From IMG/VR virus record IMGVR_UViG_3300027963_005443: a stretch of 64,000 nucleotides of DNA, one strand, 5' to 3'. The translations under genes and the position numbers were made by a program. Origin of the DNA: a virus. Shown piece by piece: positions 30,182 to 41,800 of the stretch (position 1 is the first letter of the stretch; every line of letters begins with the position of its first letter). The notes beneath the pieces were generated by a model. That model saw only the letters and a program-made list of their open reading frames with translations. It searched no databases and had not been told where the DNA came from.

Positions 30182-30754
30182 TTAGCAACCGGCACAAGGA
30201 CAGCCGGTAACTGCTGTTCCACATGAATTCATGTACTTGGCTGTTGAGTATCTTAGTGTTAACTCAATATTCAATTCTTCTGAACTTGAGTAATCTAGAT
30301 CACCAAAATTAATACTTTGTGGCCAGACATGCTCTAACTCCCATCGTTCCATTTCTTTTCCGCAACCATCATACATGGTCAGAATTCCTATACCGGCATA
30401 GCCAGCTTTGACAGAACTCATAGTTACGTTGCCGGCTTTGTCGTTAAAGTTATAAACTGTTGACAGCCAACTGTATAGATTGGCAACATCGCCACCAGCG
30501 CCAGCATTAACTACGTCATAGTATGTAACTGTTAGTGTTTCCCAACTTGCTTTGCCTGGGATCCACATTTTACCATGAAGGTAGTTTATTTCTGTTTCTT
30601 CGATAGTTAAACTTGGTCTATTGGCAACCTTTACAATTGTTTCTGGTATTGAGCCACAGGGAGTCTCTAATTGAAAGGTCCACCTAAATTTACGCTTAAA
30701 TATTGCGTTGGCATTACCCAGATTGCCTATTCCCATATTGGATAAACTTGACAT
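30182..30754 (-). CDS. gp19: Tail tube protein (gp19-like), paralog 1
   Basis: KRKFRW, YLHGKMWIPGKASWE, WPQSINFGDLDY; Cys-rich C-terminal tail. Confidence 0.9.
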   Translation of the reverse strand: MSSLSNMGIGNLGNANAIFKRKFRWTFQLETPCGSIPETIVKVANRPSLTIEETEINYLHGKMWIPGKASWETLTVTYYDVVNAGAGGDVANLYSWLSTVYNFNDKAGNVTMSSVKAGYAGIGILTMYDGCGKEMERWELEHVWPQSINFGDLDYSSSEELNIELTLRYSTAKYMNSCGTAVTGCPCAGC

Positions 30755-30789
30755 ATAAAATTCTCCTTATCTTCTTTTGTTTTTAGATA

Positions 30790-33126
30790 TTAAAATGTTT
30801 CTGTATTTTCTGAGAAGCTACCTGTTCTATGAATTGAGAATTCTAAGAATATGAATTCGGCAGCTCTGATTGGCTGAATTCCTATTCTTGCTCTAAATTC
30901 ATTTCTGTCTATTACGTCGGCAGTATTTAATTCTGCATCTGCTTTAATGATATAATCATTGACACCTCTTCCAACCTTGATCTCAGATAGTATTGAGTTA
31001 GCTAATGTTGTGAATTTGCTTCTGAATTGCTCATCATGTGGATCGAATATTAACGATCTTGATGCTGTTCTAATTCTCTTTTCAATTACAAACATTAATC
31101 TTCTTACGTTCACTCTATCGAGAGCAGTAGGTCTTCTTTGTAGTGTTTTCTGACCGAATATTACGAATCCTTGTGTATCAACAAATTGAACAATTGGATT
31201 GATACAATTTCTGTTGCCATACATCGTATCTCTTTCTTCAAGTGAAGGTCTAGAATATACATCTAATATATTTGGAACCACACCTCTGTTCAGACCGGCT
31301 GGGGCAAACCATGGTTCTGATATGCTGTCTGATACGGCAATTGTGGCCATAACAGCGCCAGATGGTGGAACCCATACATCTAGGTTGTTATGGTTATCAC
31401 GAATCTTGACCCAAGGCCAGTAAAGTGCACCGAAGTCACTGTCTAGTCTATCTAGATTAAGTGGGTGAATACCGTTTTGCCATTGGACTATTTCTTTAAC
31501 TGTTAAGCCGAATGGCGGGTCAATGATTGCAAGGCAATCACTTCTAACATTCTGGCAGAGATTTAATAGACTGGTTACAACGGCTGTGCTACTGTGTCCT
31601 GGAACTGCAACTAAATCAATGTCGATTTGTTCTGGTTCGCTAAGGGCGTATAGTCCAGTATATCCAACTTCGTTTCCGATCAAGAGTTCATCCTGACGAT
31701 CTGGATCCGATGGTATTCCGTCTGATCCTCCGGTTAAGGTGTAAACACCGTCGAGGGGTGAGAAACTTGTGGAGTCTAGTGGAGGAGATGTTGTGTCTGT
31801 CATATCCATTACACGAATGTAGTCAGATACTAGACTTAAATATGATTCTACATATAGTCTGCTTGTGGCATCTTTTGTTAAGTTTCCCCAAGATTCAACT
31901 TGAGTTCCATTGCTGAACACTTGCATCGTGAATGTATTATTTCTAATATCATTTAGAATCTTGACTTGCGTTCTATTTCCTTCTATACCTGGTGAGTCGG
32001 CGGATATAGTGAATGTTATATCCATATTGTTTGCGTTTTCTGAGCCATAAACAATGCCAGCAGTATTGGTATCATCTGAATTAGGATCTGATGAAGATAC
32101 TGCCACTGGACTTTCACCAACTTTAGTGGTTGTGTCTAAGCCAAATATGGTCTCGGATGTACTATCTGGCTTGATTCTTAAGCGAGCATCACGACCAACG
32201 TGTAGAGTTCTTATGCTTACTTTGTTTGTATCATATATTTCTGCAACAAAACCGCCTGGAAGACTTGATATTGCTGTGTTTATTGCGTCTACAACCTGAG
32301 AAGCAGTTCGGCTGGCACCAAGTGATGAAAGATCAATTACTTGAACAACATTATCAATTGCTGGAACATCTGTTCCGTCAACTATGATTTGTAGGTTGAG
32401 TCCAGAATCAGATAGATCAAATGGTCCATTTACCGAGCCAACGGCCATGGCAGGCATCATATCCATTCCTAGTCCTATCGGTGAATTTGGTCCATATATG
32501 CTATCATAAACAGAAACTAGCTCCAGTGATGAACTTGGTCCATATGCCCATATTGTTTTTACTCCAATCTTGTCACTTGTTGAGTAGAATATAATTCCAT
32601 CATTATTTGTGTCTAGTTGGTTGTTTAGTAAGTCAGCTAGATCCATTGCTGAATAATTTCCTTGTGGTATGACAAGTGTTTTGCTTGATAGAACTCCATT
32701 CAGCTTCCATTTGAACCACATTCTGTCTTCTGATATTGTGTAATTATCCTCTAGTTTAGAGTTGATTGAGATGATTGCTCCAGCAGATGGAACGTCAGCA
32801 CTAGCAGTTTCTGCACGCTCATCGTTTACGTTATCTTCTTCGCCAACTCTGACTACATAGAGTTCTGAGCCTACATTGAGATATGCTTCGGCAGCATATA
32901 GCATGTATGGGTCACTGACATCTGGGTGAGGGTAGCCAAAGGTTATGTATAGTTGTCTGGTTGTTGAAACCATGGTTGGAATATTTAGTGGGCCTTTGCT
33001 GGCAAAACCAACAACAGCAGCACGATGAAAACTTTGAGCAGATGTTACAAAGCTTAAATCTTTTTCTGTTATTCTAACACTTGGACTGATTGTATTTGAA
33101 GGTGGGAAGCCACGTAAAATTGCCAT
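30790..33126 (-). CDS. gp18: Contractile tail sheath protein (gp18-like)
   Basis: SPSVRITEKDLS, GFASKGP, YWPW, WFAPAGLNRG, GQKTLQ, DRVNVRRL. Confidence 0.95.
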   Translation of the reverse strand: MAILRGFPPSNTISPSVRITEKDLSFVTSAQSFHRAAVVGFASKGPLNIPTMVSTTRQLYITFGYPHPDVSDPYMLYAAEAYLNVGSELYVVRVGEEDNVNDERAETASADVPSAGAIISINSKLEDNYTISEDRMWFKWKLNGVLSSKTLVIPQGNYSAMDLADLLNNQLDTNNDGIIFYSTSDKIGVKTIWAYGPSSSLELVSVYDSIYGPNSPIGLGMDMMPAMAVGSVNGPFDLSDSGLNLQIIVDGTDVPAIDNVVQVIDLSSLGASRTASQVVDAINTAISSLPGGFVAEIYDTNKVSIRTLHVGRDARLRIKPDSTSETIFGLDTTTKVGESPVAVSSSDPNSDDTNTAGIVYGSENANNMDITFTISADSPGIEGNRTQVKILNDIRNNTFTMQVFSNGTQVESWGNLTKDATSRLYVESYLSLVSDYIRVMDMTDTTSPPLDSTSFSPLDGVYTLTGGSDGIPSDPDRQDELLIGNEVGYTGLYALSEPEQIDIDLVAVPGHSSTAVVTSLLNLCQNVRSDCLAIIDPPFGLTVKEIVQWQNGIHPLNLDRLDSDFGALYWPWVKIRDNHNNLDVWVPPSGAVMATIAVSDSISEPWFAPAGLNRGVVPNILDVYSRPSLEERDTMYGNRNCINPIVQFVDTQGFVIFGQKTLQRRPTALDRVNVRRLMFVIEKRIRTASRSLIFDPHDEQFRSKFTTLANSILSEIKVGRGVNDYIIKADAELNTADVIDRNEFRARIGIQPIRAAEFIFLEFSIHRTGSFSENTETF

Positions 33127-33127
33127 T

Positions 33128-33343
33128 TTATTCTCCTATAATTTCTGGAATTTTCTTTGTTTTGATTAAACCATCTTTTTCTGCTCTAAGTATATAGTCA
33201 GTTGATCTCTCTTCTTGTAAAAGAAAAATATTTTTTCCTGAGCCAATCCCGGGAATGTTTAATACTGTGAAAGATTTTGGTGATGTTCTTGATCTTATGA
33301 TCAGTTGAACTGGGAATTTCTGTCTATTTGTTATTTCTAACAT
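33128..33343 (-). CDS. Small hypothetical protein in the tail operon
   Basis: Tightly coupled between gp15 and sheath. Confidence 0.7.
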   Translation of the reverse strand: MLEITNRQKFPVQLIIRSRTSPKSFTVLNIPGIGSGKNIFLLQEERSTDYILRAEKDGLIKTKKIPEIIGE

Positions 33344-34308
33344 TCTACCTCTTTAACTGTTTCTTCAATTCTAGATATAATTTCTGTTATATCTTCTTCT
33401 CTTAGGCCATCCGTGATTTCTACCCTTTGTGTAAGAATCGCTTTCTTTTTCACAATTGGCTGAGGTATATAAGACTCAGCAGTAAGGTTGAATTGAAATT
33501 TAACAACCCTAATTGCTTGGTCACCAGGTTCTGTTTCTATATTATTAGATATCGAGTCTAATTTTACTTGGACTTCCCAGGTTACACCTCTAACCTTTAT
33601 ATATGCAACAGGGCTAAATTTTAAAATAATTTGCTCTAGAATTTGGTTCATATCTTCAACGTATAGGGTCCAAGCATATAAACTATAAGATATGTCTATT
33701 GGTATTCCTTTTGTCACCCCAAAGATAGTATCTCTTTCATACTTTTCATTAGTGGTAAACCCAGGTTTATTATCTGGCCTTAATCCTCTTAAATAATCCA
33801 CGGCTTTGTGGTAAACATATCTAGATTGATTAAATTGATAATCTAGGGAGTGTATTGCCAATATTGGCAATCGGATTCTATCCACAACTAGAGAGTTATC
33901 TTTTCTTACATTGTCTTGTATTATAGCCGCTACTGCTTTTTCTTGGGTGCCCCATATTATTGGAACTCTGTGAGCTTTGCCATCTTCGTCCAAAACTACA
34001 AGATCTTTAAAAAGATCCATTACCGCTTCATCAGTGCCTCTTAGAGATTTGCTATATCTGTATATTGTGTTTATGTTTTTATCATCATTTATAATGTGAC
34101 CGCTTTGCATTGGGTCACAGTTATTACCTTTGCCCACACCTGTTTTTTCATTTGTAATTGCTTCTTTTAAAAAATCTAAACTATTATCTTTTTCGCAAAC
34201 TGAATCACATTTACTGGCCGAACAATATTGGTCAGGTATAGTTTTATTTTCTTTTAAATTGTTTATTTCGTTGCACTCTACAAGTCTTTTTTCTGGATGA
34301 TTTTCCAT
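33337..34308 (-). CDS. gp15: Tail terminator/sheath stabiliser (gp15-like)
   Basis: VPIIWGTQEK, RLPILA, IPIDISYSL, DMNQILEQI. Confidence 0.8.
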   Translation of the reverse strand: MENHPEKRLVECNEINNLKENKTIPDQYCSASKCDSVCEKDNSLDFLKEAITNEKTGVGKGNNCDPMQSGHIINDDKNINTIYRYSKSLRGTDEAVMDLFKDLVVLDEDGKAHRVPIIWGTQEKAVAAIIQDNVRKDNSLVVDRIRLPILAIHSLDYQFNQSRYVYHKAVDYLRGLRPDNKPGFTTNEKYERDTIFGVTKGIPIDISYSLYAWTLYVEDMNQILEQIILKFSPVAYIKVRGVTWEVQVKLDSISNNIETEPGDQAIRVVKFQFNLTAESYIPQPIVKKKAILTQRVEITDGLREEDITEIISRIEETVKEVEC

Positions 34309-34313
34309 AAAAT

Positions 34314-34321
34314 TATATAGT
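34314..34321 (-). promoter_or_regulatory. Putative late promoter ACTATATA upstream of the gp15-sheath-tube operon
   Basis: 5 nt from ATG. Confidence 0.6.
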
Positions 34322-34357
34322 GTTGAAAGTTTTTTTAAAATTATGTAAAATAATCTT

Positions 34358-35167
34358 ATGATTAATTTAAAATGGAGGGCTTGTCACAATGCTGATAAGT
34401 ACCCTCCAAGAAGAATAAAATTAGAAATACCAGGATGGGCAGGTATAGATAAAAACCATTCTAATGGCGCTATCCCCCAGCCTTGGCATTGCCCTCCTTT
34501 TGTTGAGGGCAATACATATGGGTTGGAATTGATTTACCCTTTTGAAAATGAGTGTATTGTAAAAAATATAGATGGAAATACATTCTTTGAATGTGATTTT
34601 TCAAAGGAGGAGGGATACGATAATTCAGACCCCCCTTTTCAGTGTTTCGCACCAGGTCATTTCGGGTTCACATCCAGTTTTGATCTACTGCCTCCTAAAG
34701 ATTATATCATAAGAATAGAGCCTCATCCAAAGTACTTCACGGATCATTCTTGGACAACACCACTTCCGGTACCAGGGCATATACAAGGTGAGTGGTGGAC
34801 CAAAATATTTTTTATTGTTTTTAAACAGCCTCCACTAGGAGGAAAATACATATTTAGAAAGGGCGAGCCCTATGCTCAAATATTATTATTGCCCAAAAAG
34901 GTTGATTACAAGATAGAAGAAATGACCATATCAGAAAAATTTAAAAGAATGCAGCTGGATAATAATTCTAATTTGTTCATAAAAGATTCTTGGAAAGACC
35001 ATAAAGGAAATACTTTTAATGATAAATATAGAAATTTAGCTTGTGAATTTGCAAAAGGTGGAATAGATGGTATATGCAAAAAAATAGATAAAAATATTAG
35101 TAATAGGGTTAAAATTAATAAAAAAAGACCTATATTAAATTGTGGCAAAAATAATAAAAAATGTTAA
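34358..35167 (+). CDS. DUF6065-like (dUTPase-fold-like) protein
   Basis: HCPPFVEGNTYG and FRKGEPYAQIL pattern. Confidence 0.55.
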   Translation: MINLKWRACHNADKYPPRRIKLEIPGWAGIDKNHSNGAIPQPWHCPPFVEGNTYGLELIYPFENECIVKNIDGNTFFECDFSKEEGYDNSDPPFQCFAPGHFGFTSSFDLLPPKDYIIRIEPHPKYFTDHSWTTPLPVPGHIQGEWWTKIFFIVFKQPPLGGKYIFRKGEPYAQILLLPKKVDYKIEEMTISEKFKRMQLDNNSNLFIKDSWKDHKGNTFNDKYRNLACEFAKGGIDGICKKIDKNISNRVKINKKRPILNCGKNNKKC

Positions 35168-35246
35168 TACCGTTAATAATAAATTATATTTAAGAAAAGA
35201 AAATATAGTTTATAAAGATCTTCCTAAACCTAAAATTCCATTAAAA

Positions 35247-35498
35247 TTAATTAACGTTAACTCCGACTTGCTTAAGTAATCCTTTTAAATTATCAAAGGT
35301 TTTCTTTAGCTGCACTCCAGCTTGAGATTGTTTTTGTTTGTTTCTAATATCTTGTTGCTGTTGATTTCTTGCTTTAACTATATCTGCAGCACTTTGCGAA
35401 GGATTACTTCCAATAGAAGTCATACCACTAGCACTCACTGGCGTTATTGGTGTCATTGGATTTTGTTCCATCAATTTGGTTAGTTTATAAAAGTTCAT
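35247..35498 (-). CDS. Small Q-rich protein with CTS-like N-terminus
   Basis: MNFYKLTKLME; TATATA upstream. Confidence 0.65.
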   Translation of the reverse strand: MNFYKLTKLMEQNPMTPITPVSASGMTSIGSNPSQSAADIVKARNQQQQDIRNKQKQSQAGVQLKKTFDNLKGLLKQVGVNVN

Positions 35499-35509
35499 AA
35501 GTGTATATA

Positions 35510-36043
35510 TTAAATGATTTTGAAATCTTGTTTTTGCTGAGTAACTTTACCTTCTCCTGTAGTAACGCTTTCTTGGAATTTCTGGGCTATTATCTGAATG
35601 TGTAATACTCCCCATTGTTTAAATTCAGATAAATTTCTTTGTATTATAACCCAGTTTTCTTGTAGGTGGGGAGTGTAAATTCTAGATCCTATTTTTGGAG
35701 GATGACCGCAGGCCTTTAAAACCGCTTTGTAGTTAAATTCGAACAATTGTTCATCTGGCGCATCTATTCCGAATTGATTTACATAATTTTGTGAAGGTAT
35801 TGGTTCATAGTAACACCAGAGCTGAATTGGAACTGGTGAGAATAATTTTCCTCTATCTTCAAGATATAAAGGATCTACTGTATTGTTTTGTATGTGCACT
35901 TCATGGTAAAATACTGGAATTCCACCTCTTTTAATCGCTTCTTCATCCCAAGAATTATAAAGATTAAATTGAGGATCCTCGGGATCAAACTGTTGGTAAT
36001 TTCCATTCACGCAGTAGGGTGTTCCATCTTGTCTTTTTATCAT
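35510..36043 (-). CDS. gp14: Head closure/neck protein (gp14-like)
   Basis: EEAIKRGG, DPLYLED, QFGID, KIGSRIY; SD AGGAG. Confidence 0.72.
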   Translation of the reverse strand: MIKRQDGTPYCVNGNYQQFDPEDPQFNLYNSWDEEAIKRGGIPVFYHEVHIQNNTVDPLYLEDRGKLFSPVPIQLWCYYEPIPSQNYVNQFGIDAPDEQLFEFNYKAVLKACGHPPKIGSRIYTPHLQENWVIIQRNLSEFKQWGVLHIQIIAQKFQESVTTGEGKVTQQKQDFKII

Positions 36044-36071
36044 GTGATCTCCTCTATATTATATATTTTAT

Positions 36072-36737
36072 ATGATGAATAAAAATTTCTTAGATATTTT
36101 CAAAGAGCAGAATGATGACTACTGGATTAAGAAAAATAATGTTCCAAGGAGTCTTTATCAAGCCATTAAATCTTATTTTGATAAAGATCTAGTGGTTTTA
36201 GATTTAGGTTGCGCCGGTGCAAGATTATCAAGATCCATGAGAAATCATTTTAAACTGATTTATGCTGTTGATAAATCTCATAGTTTAATTACAAAATCAT
36301 CCTTGATTAATCCAGATATTAATTTTATTTGCGGTGATTTTGGAGATCAAAGAGCCTGGAAATTAATGAACCAAAAATTTGATTTGATAGTATCTGACTG
36401 CGCAATAAGAAAAGACTATATTGATTTGAAAATTTTGTTGGATCTTTGCAGAGATAATTTAAATAAAGATGGAAGAATAATACTTAGAATTCAAGGTATA
36501 AATGATCTTGGAAATATTTTAAATAAAGATTATAGATCTACAATTTTTTACTCTGAGAAAGAGTTGAAAGAATTAACTTCTATTTTTCAAACTAAAGAAA
36601 TCCAGACAGAATCATATACACAAAAATTTAGTAATGAACAGTATCTATTGGATTTTTTAAGAAAGATAGATATATATCAAGATATATCTGAGAGTTTAAA
36701 TGTAATTAGACAATACTATTTGGTTACATTGACTTAA
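36072..36737 (+). CDS. Class I SAM-dependent methyltransferase
   Basis: VLDLGCAG, AVDKS, FDLIVS, LNKDGRII. Confidence 0.85.
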   Translation: MMNKNFLDIFKEQNDDYWIKKNNVPRSLYQAIKSYFDKDLVVLDLGCAGARLSRSMRNHFKLIYAVDKSHSLITKSSLINPDINFICGDFGDQRAWKLMNQKFDLIVSDCAIRKDYIDLKILLDLCRDNLNKDGRIILRIQGINDLGNILNKDYRSTIFYSEKELKELTSIFQTKEIQTESYTQKFSNEQYLLDFLRKIDIYQDISESLNVIRQYYLVTLT

Positions 36738-37145
36738 TTACTCTGCGCCTATCTTTGGAGTAATAGCTATTGTTCCACCACTTGCTGGTAAAGTAAATGG
36801 AGCGCTTGTGAATCTCTCGGCCCACAACAGTCTTGGGCTTTGTTCTGAGGTTACGATGTAGTATCCATATATTGAAGCAGCCTCTGTGAACGTAAATGTT
36901 TGCTCAGGATATGTAGCTGTTGTTGTCCCTGATGCCGAGGCTATTACCCAATTTGTCCCATTAAGGATTTTATCCGCATAACCAGCTTGAGTCGCTTCAA
37001 TAAAATCACTTAATACAGTTGATTCATTTGGCACAGTGCTGCTGCTTTTGAACAATTTTAGAACTTGGTTTCCTGGGTTTGTCGTGGCTCCAAGCAAAAG
37101 GCTTAAAATTGTCTGCTCAGAGATATCAGATACTACTAGTGCCAT
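36738..37145 (-). CDS. Putative virion structural/tail fibre-associated protein
   Basis: Ser/Thr/Ala-rich beta-type sequence, GYADK, YGYYIV; SD GAGGT. Confidence 0.6.
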   Translation of the reverse strand: MALVVSDISEQTILSLLLGATTNPGNQVLKLFKSSSTVPNESTVLSDFIEATQAGYADKILNGTNWVIASASGTTTATYPEQTFTFTEAASIYGYYIVTSEQSPRLLWAERFTSAPFTLPASGGTIAITPKIGAE

Positions 37146-37194
37146 ATTATTTACCTCATAATTTATTATTATATTCTAATTTATATATAGTAAA

Positions 37195-37758
37195 ATGGCC
37201 ATAAAAAACAAAGACGGCACGGTTTATAGGATAGAAGGCCCCAATCCCTTTATGAACAACCAAGAGTTATGGAGTGATTGTGTTAAACATAATCTTGAAT
37301 GGAAGGATGAGATAGTATTTGATTTTTTAAAACAAAAATTAAATCTACCTGTTCAAGATTCGGCTGAAAGTTTCCTAGAAGAGCTCGAGCAGGAAAAGAT
37401 TAAGCAAGAAGAACCTATTCCCGTAGTTGAAAAACCCGTCCCAATAAAAGAGAAAAGAGAGTTTGACACAATAGAATCCTTCTGCCTACCGGTGGATATT
37501 ATTGAAAATAGAGATGATTTATATGGAGAGGTAAAACAGAAAGTAATTTATGGCGAAGTTTGCACAATAGAGATTGTGGTTTTAGAGCAGGCCGACTTGA
37601 CATTTAGGTTTTGGACTACTCACAAAATAAATAAAGGCTCTATTATTTATCCTAAAAATAAAGATAAGAGATGGTGGAAAGTATCAGAATATACGGATGC
37701 TCCAAAGGGTTTTATGTACCTAGCTCTACCCAGTCCTTTTACTCCTTCGTTTGTTTAA
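37195..37758 (+). CDS. Hypothetical protein
   Basis: 187-aa ORF with TATATAGT immediately upstream. Confidence 0.7.
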   Translation: MAIKNKDGTVYRIEGPNPFMNNQELWSDCVKHNLEWKDEIVFDFLKQKLNLPVQDSAESFLEELEQEKIKQEEPIPVVEKPVPIKEKREFDTIESFCLPVDIIENRDDLYGEVKQKVIYGEVCTIEIVVLEQADLTFRFWTTHKINKGSIIYPKNKDKRWWKVSEYTDAPKGFMYLALPSPFTPSFV

Positions 37759-38545
37759 TTCTGTTCTTTGTGACTTCGCAATAATCTTTATCTATTTCTA
37801 TTCCTATGCTATTTAAATTTAGATAAGAACTAACTTTTAAAGTTGTTCCGCTACCACAAAATGGATCCAATACAGTGGTGCTTTGATTGTGTCCATTTAA
37901 TTTTATACATTTTTCTACTAATTCTTCTGGGTATGCTGTTGGATGGTTGAACTTATCATCTTTAGATCTTGTTGTTCTATATGGTATAAACCATATGTTT
38001 CCTCTGCATCTAACATCACCCTTGTCTTTGTTATTTTGGAATCGTTCCATGTTTCTTTTATCTTTATAAGGAACTCCAATAGATAATTTATCTAAAGTCT
38101 TTTCGCCTGTCTTTGTGAAATGAAACATATACTCAAAAAAGTTATTTAAATATTTGTTACTATTATTTGGCGTGAAATGACCAAATGATTCATTGTTTAC
38201 CGTTATGGATTTGGCCCATATTATTGTGTTTTGTAGTTCAAATATTTTTGTAAGTTCATTGCATATTAGAAAAGGTATTGTTGGATTTGTATTCTGGTAT
38301 CCTATGTTTAAGAAATATGATCCATCTTTTTTAAGAACTCTATTTATTTCTTTAGATACATTTGTTATCCATTCCACATACTCTTGCAACGGTAGTTTAT
38401 CTTTATAGCTCTTATATTTTTTATTTAGATTATAAGGAGGACTGGTTATGGTCACGTCAACGGTTTCTTGCCCTATTATACCCAACGCACTTAAACAATC
38501 ACTATTGTATAATATTGTTTTTTCATCTTTATAATATGGTTCCAT
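37739..38545 (-). CDS. DNA N4-cytosine/N6-adenine methyltransferase (beta class)
   Basis: TSPPY motif IV and DPFCGSGTT motif I near the C-terminus. Confidence 0.9.
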   Translation of the reverse strand: MEPYYKDEKTILYNSDCLSALGIIGQETVDVTITSPPYNLNKKYKSYKDKLPLQEYVEWITNVSKEINRVLKKDGSYFLNIGYQNTNPTIPFLICNELTKIFELQNTIIWAKSITVNNESFGHFTPNNSNKYLNNFFEYMFHFTKTGEKTLDKLSIGVPYKDKRNMERFQNNKDKGDVRCRGNIWFIPYRTTRSKDDKFNHPTAYPEELVEKCIKLNGHNQSTTVLDPFCGSGTTLKVSSYLNLNSIGIEIDKDYCEVTKNRIKQTKE

Positions 38546-38557
38546 TCCATAATATAG

Positions 38558-38815
38558 TTAAGAATTTTGGTCCGCTACTATATTTACTTTATAGCCTAAT
38601 TCTTCAAATTTCTTACGATGATCTTCTACACATTTGGTGTATGCTACTTCATAAATATCTGCCACTAATTTATTGAAATCCTTGATATCTTGGTCGGTAG
38701 CTAGATGGTATAATATTCGGTCTAATATATTTTCATTTCTACTAAATCTTTCTTTTAGTATTTCAAATATATTCTTTTTAATAAAATTATTTCTATTACT
38801 CTTCAAAAAGTCCAT
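38558..38815 (-). CDS. Hypothetical protein
   Basis: 85-aa ORF. Confidence 0.65.
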   Translation of the reverse strand: MDFLKSNRNNFIKKNIFEILKERFSRNENILDRILYHLATDQDIKDFNKLVADIYEVAYTKCVEDHRKKFEELGYKVNIVADQNS

Positions 38816-38828
38816 AAATTTAAATTAG

Positions 38829-41800
38829 TTAGTTTTGTATAAATCTTGGCGTTGAGGGCCTAATTCCCTTTAGCTTAATATTTTGATCGGTTAGATCTTT
38901 CCATACAATTCTAAGATTATTCTTCATAGAATCTATTTCTTTGCTTTTTATGCCAACAGACTCGAGTTTGGCTAAAGAGTCGCAAATGAAGTTAAATTTA
39001 TTGATTTTAACATCCAGACTTTCATCTTTGATAAATTTATTTATTAGGACTACATCTTTTATTTGTGAAAATAATGATACAGCAACTTCTACTGCTGACT
39101 TATGAATTTCAACTTCTTTTTCATGCATATTTAAACTGTTTATTATATTTATTAAATTTTTACTTTTGGGTAATACCAACATGTTTTTTGAAGCTATATC
39201 CCTTACGACAGAAAATACTAAATCCATTTTTTCTTGAGGTTTTTCTGTGGATTGAACTTTTTCTTCCGGGGAGGATACAACAATAACTTCCTTTGGAATT
39301 TTATTTAATTTTCTTTCTATTTGTTGATAATAATCTAAAACTATCTTCCTTCTTACTCCGGAACTTGTTGGACCCATCACTAGTCCACTTAAATATTCTA
39401 ATAGTTGATTTTTTTGTTTGTTTATTTTATTTAATAAACTCCTCCTATCTTGATCCGATATTTTTTCATATCCATCTAATTCTTGAGCCAAGCCAGAATA
39501 TTCATTTAATTTAGCTGCTACTCCCTGCTCAGGATCCTCCAGTAATTTAGCCAGCTCTTCTCTTGCTTTATCTATATTTCCTTTTGAGAGACTTTTTGCT
39601 TGATTCTCTTTTCCTGGGAAGTCAAATATGGTTTCAAGAAATTTATCTTCTATTAAGTCTCTTTTTGGTTTATTTGAATTTGGTTTTTCTTCCTTTTCTA
39701 CTGAATCTTTTCTGAATGGGTGTCCTGTTGCATCCACATCAGATTCATCTGAAGATGCTAGATACTCTCTAGTTTTTCTTGATTTTTGTCCGAATGCCGG
39801 GCTCTGCAGGACTTTTCCAAGTTCTGAATTTGTAAATTTTTCTCTACTTATAGGTTCCTTGAAATCTTTTTTGGAGATATTGTTTATCAGTAGCTCTACA
39901 ATAAAGTCGTGTGCTTTTTCTATTAAATCTATATCATTTAATATTTTGTTTTTAACTGCTTGTTTTATTTCTGTGCCACAAGATCTTGCACCCTTGGATA
40001 AAAGACATTGAGATATTCCTTTTATTATTTCATAATATCCTTGTATATCGCCATCTCCATCATTTGATACTACTATATCTCTGACTTTAGTGCCTGCCGA
40101 TCCGGATTCGTCGGAATCCCCTTCTTCATCGTTGGAATAATTGTCTCCATATCTAACTATTTTGAAATCTGCCCATCTCATTGGTTTATACCCTTCTGCC
40201 GGATCTTCTGAGAATAGGCCAATTTTGGATCTATAACCAAGTCTTATTAAAGTTGGAGTTAAGTCTTTAGAATCTTTTATCTGTCCAAATACCCCGCTTA
40301 ATTTTTTTCTTGCTGTCTTCTTTACGGCAGTTTCTGGTTGTTCTCCGCTTTCTTCTTGTCTGAAGTGTGCTCCTTCAACGCCACTTGCACCATGCTGATA
40401 ATCATCAATTGAATACATTTTATTGCTAATATCATCAAATACAAAACCATCTTGAACATTTTTGGTTTTTCCGTTGTATTTATAAAGTCCACCAGAATCT
40501 GAATTCCTGTAAGCATTAACAGCAGCCTCTAGTTCTGTTCCTTTATATTTTTCTGGATTTCTATCGTATATTTTTTCTATTTCTTCTATACTTTTTATTT
40601 CACTTGAACTTCTTGTTGTTGTTATTGGCTTAGAATATCCCGACTCTAAATCATCTTCAGGATTAACATCCTCATCATCCTCAGAATCTTTCAGCTTTGA
40701 TGGTGTATTTTTTATAAATCTAGATCCATTTACAACTGGAAGATTTATGGTTTTTTCTCCTATTTTATTTCCATCTTTGTCTGTTATATCGACTGTGTGC
40801 TTGATAGTTGGAAGCATCAAGAATGCTGATTGAGACTCGCCAGTTCTTGGATTTTTTCCTATTGTTATTTCTGGATTTTTTCCATCCTGTTTTAGCGAAT
40901 ACGGTAGTCTCCCTGTTTTCTTAAATATTTCAAATTGTTCAGGAGTTAAAGATTTTTCAATCTGATCTAATTCTTCTTTATCTATCCTGGGATGGCCACC
41001 GTCAGAAAATTCTTCTGTCTCTTTGTCGCTTAATATCTGTGGGGTTAATTGTTTATTCGATGAAAGTATTTGCATCGTTACTAATTTTGCAAAATATTCA
41101 CTAAATTTTCTTTTAAGTTTTGCATTACCTGCCACACCACCTCCACGAGGAGTCTTTAATTCTCTGAACCATCTTTCACTTTTTGCTACTTTCCATGCAG
41201 GCAAAGTATCTCCCTTTGCATTTATATTAATTGGTTCTTTGCCAAAAATACCTATTAGATCTGCTTCATTATCCAGCCCTGCTTTTTCAAACCAAGATCC
41301 ATCGGTTGCTTCGCTATTTTTACCAATAATTTCCCAAAGATCACTTAATTTAGGATCATCCCAATTTTTATAATCTCCACTTTGCGCTCTACTCAATATT
41401 CTACTTATGTTATTCTTTATTCCATTTTCTTTTTGTTGTGGGATATAATTATCTTTTTGTTTTTTCTTTTGATCGTGAGTTGAATCTTTTGATCTATCGT
41501 GAACTCTTACTATTTTATATTTAAACTTTCCTTCGTCGGCCAATTTATCGAAAGAGGATGAATTTTCATCCGAAGGTAATGGTCCTAGATGTCTATGAAA
41601 GTTTAATGTTAATAAATGACGAACTGTATTTCCTATATTATTCTCTGATGGGAAAGCAAAACTTTTTGATCCCACTCTTTGTTTTCCGCCCCTAGAAGTT
41701 TTTTTAACATTAGATAGATCTAAACCGTATTCCCCTGATGATGCTAATTTCATCTTCTTTGAAACTTCTGATGGTAAAACACTTTTTATATTTGGAAGAT

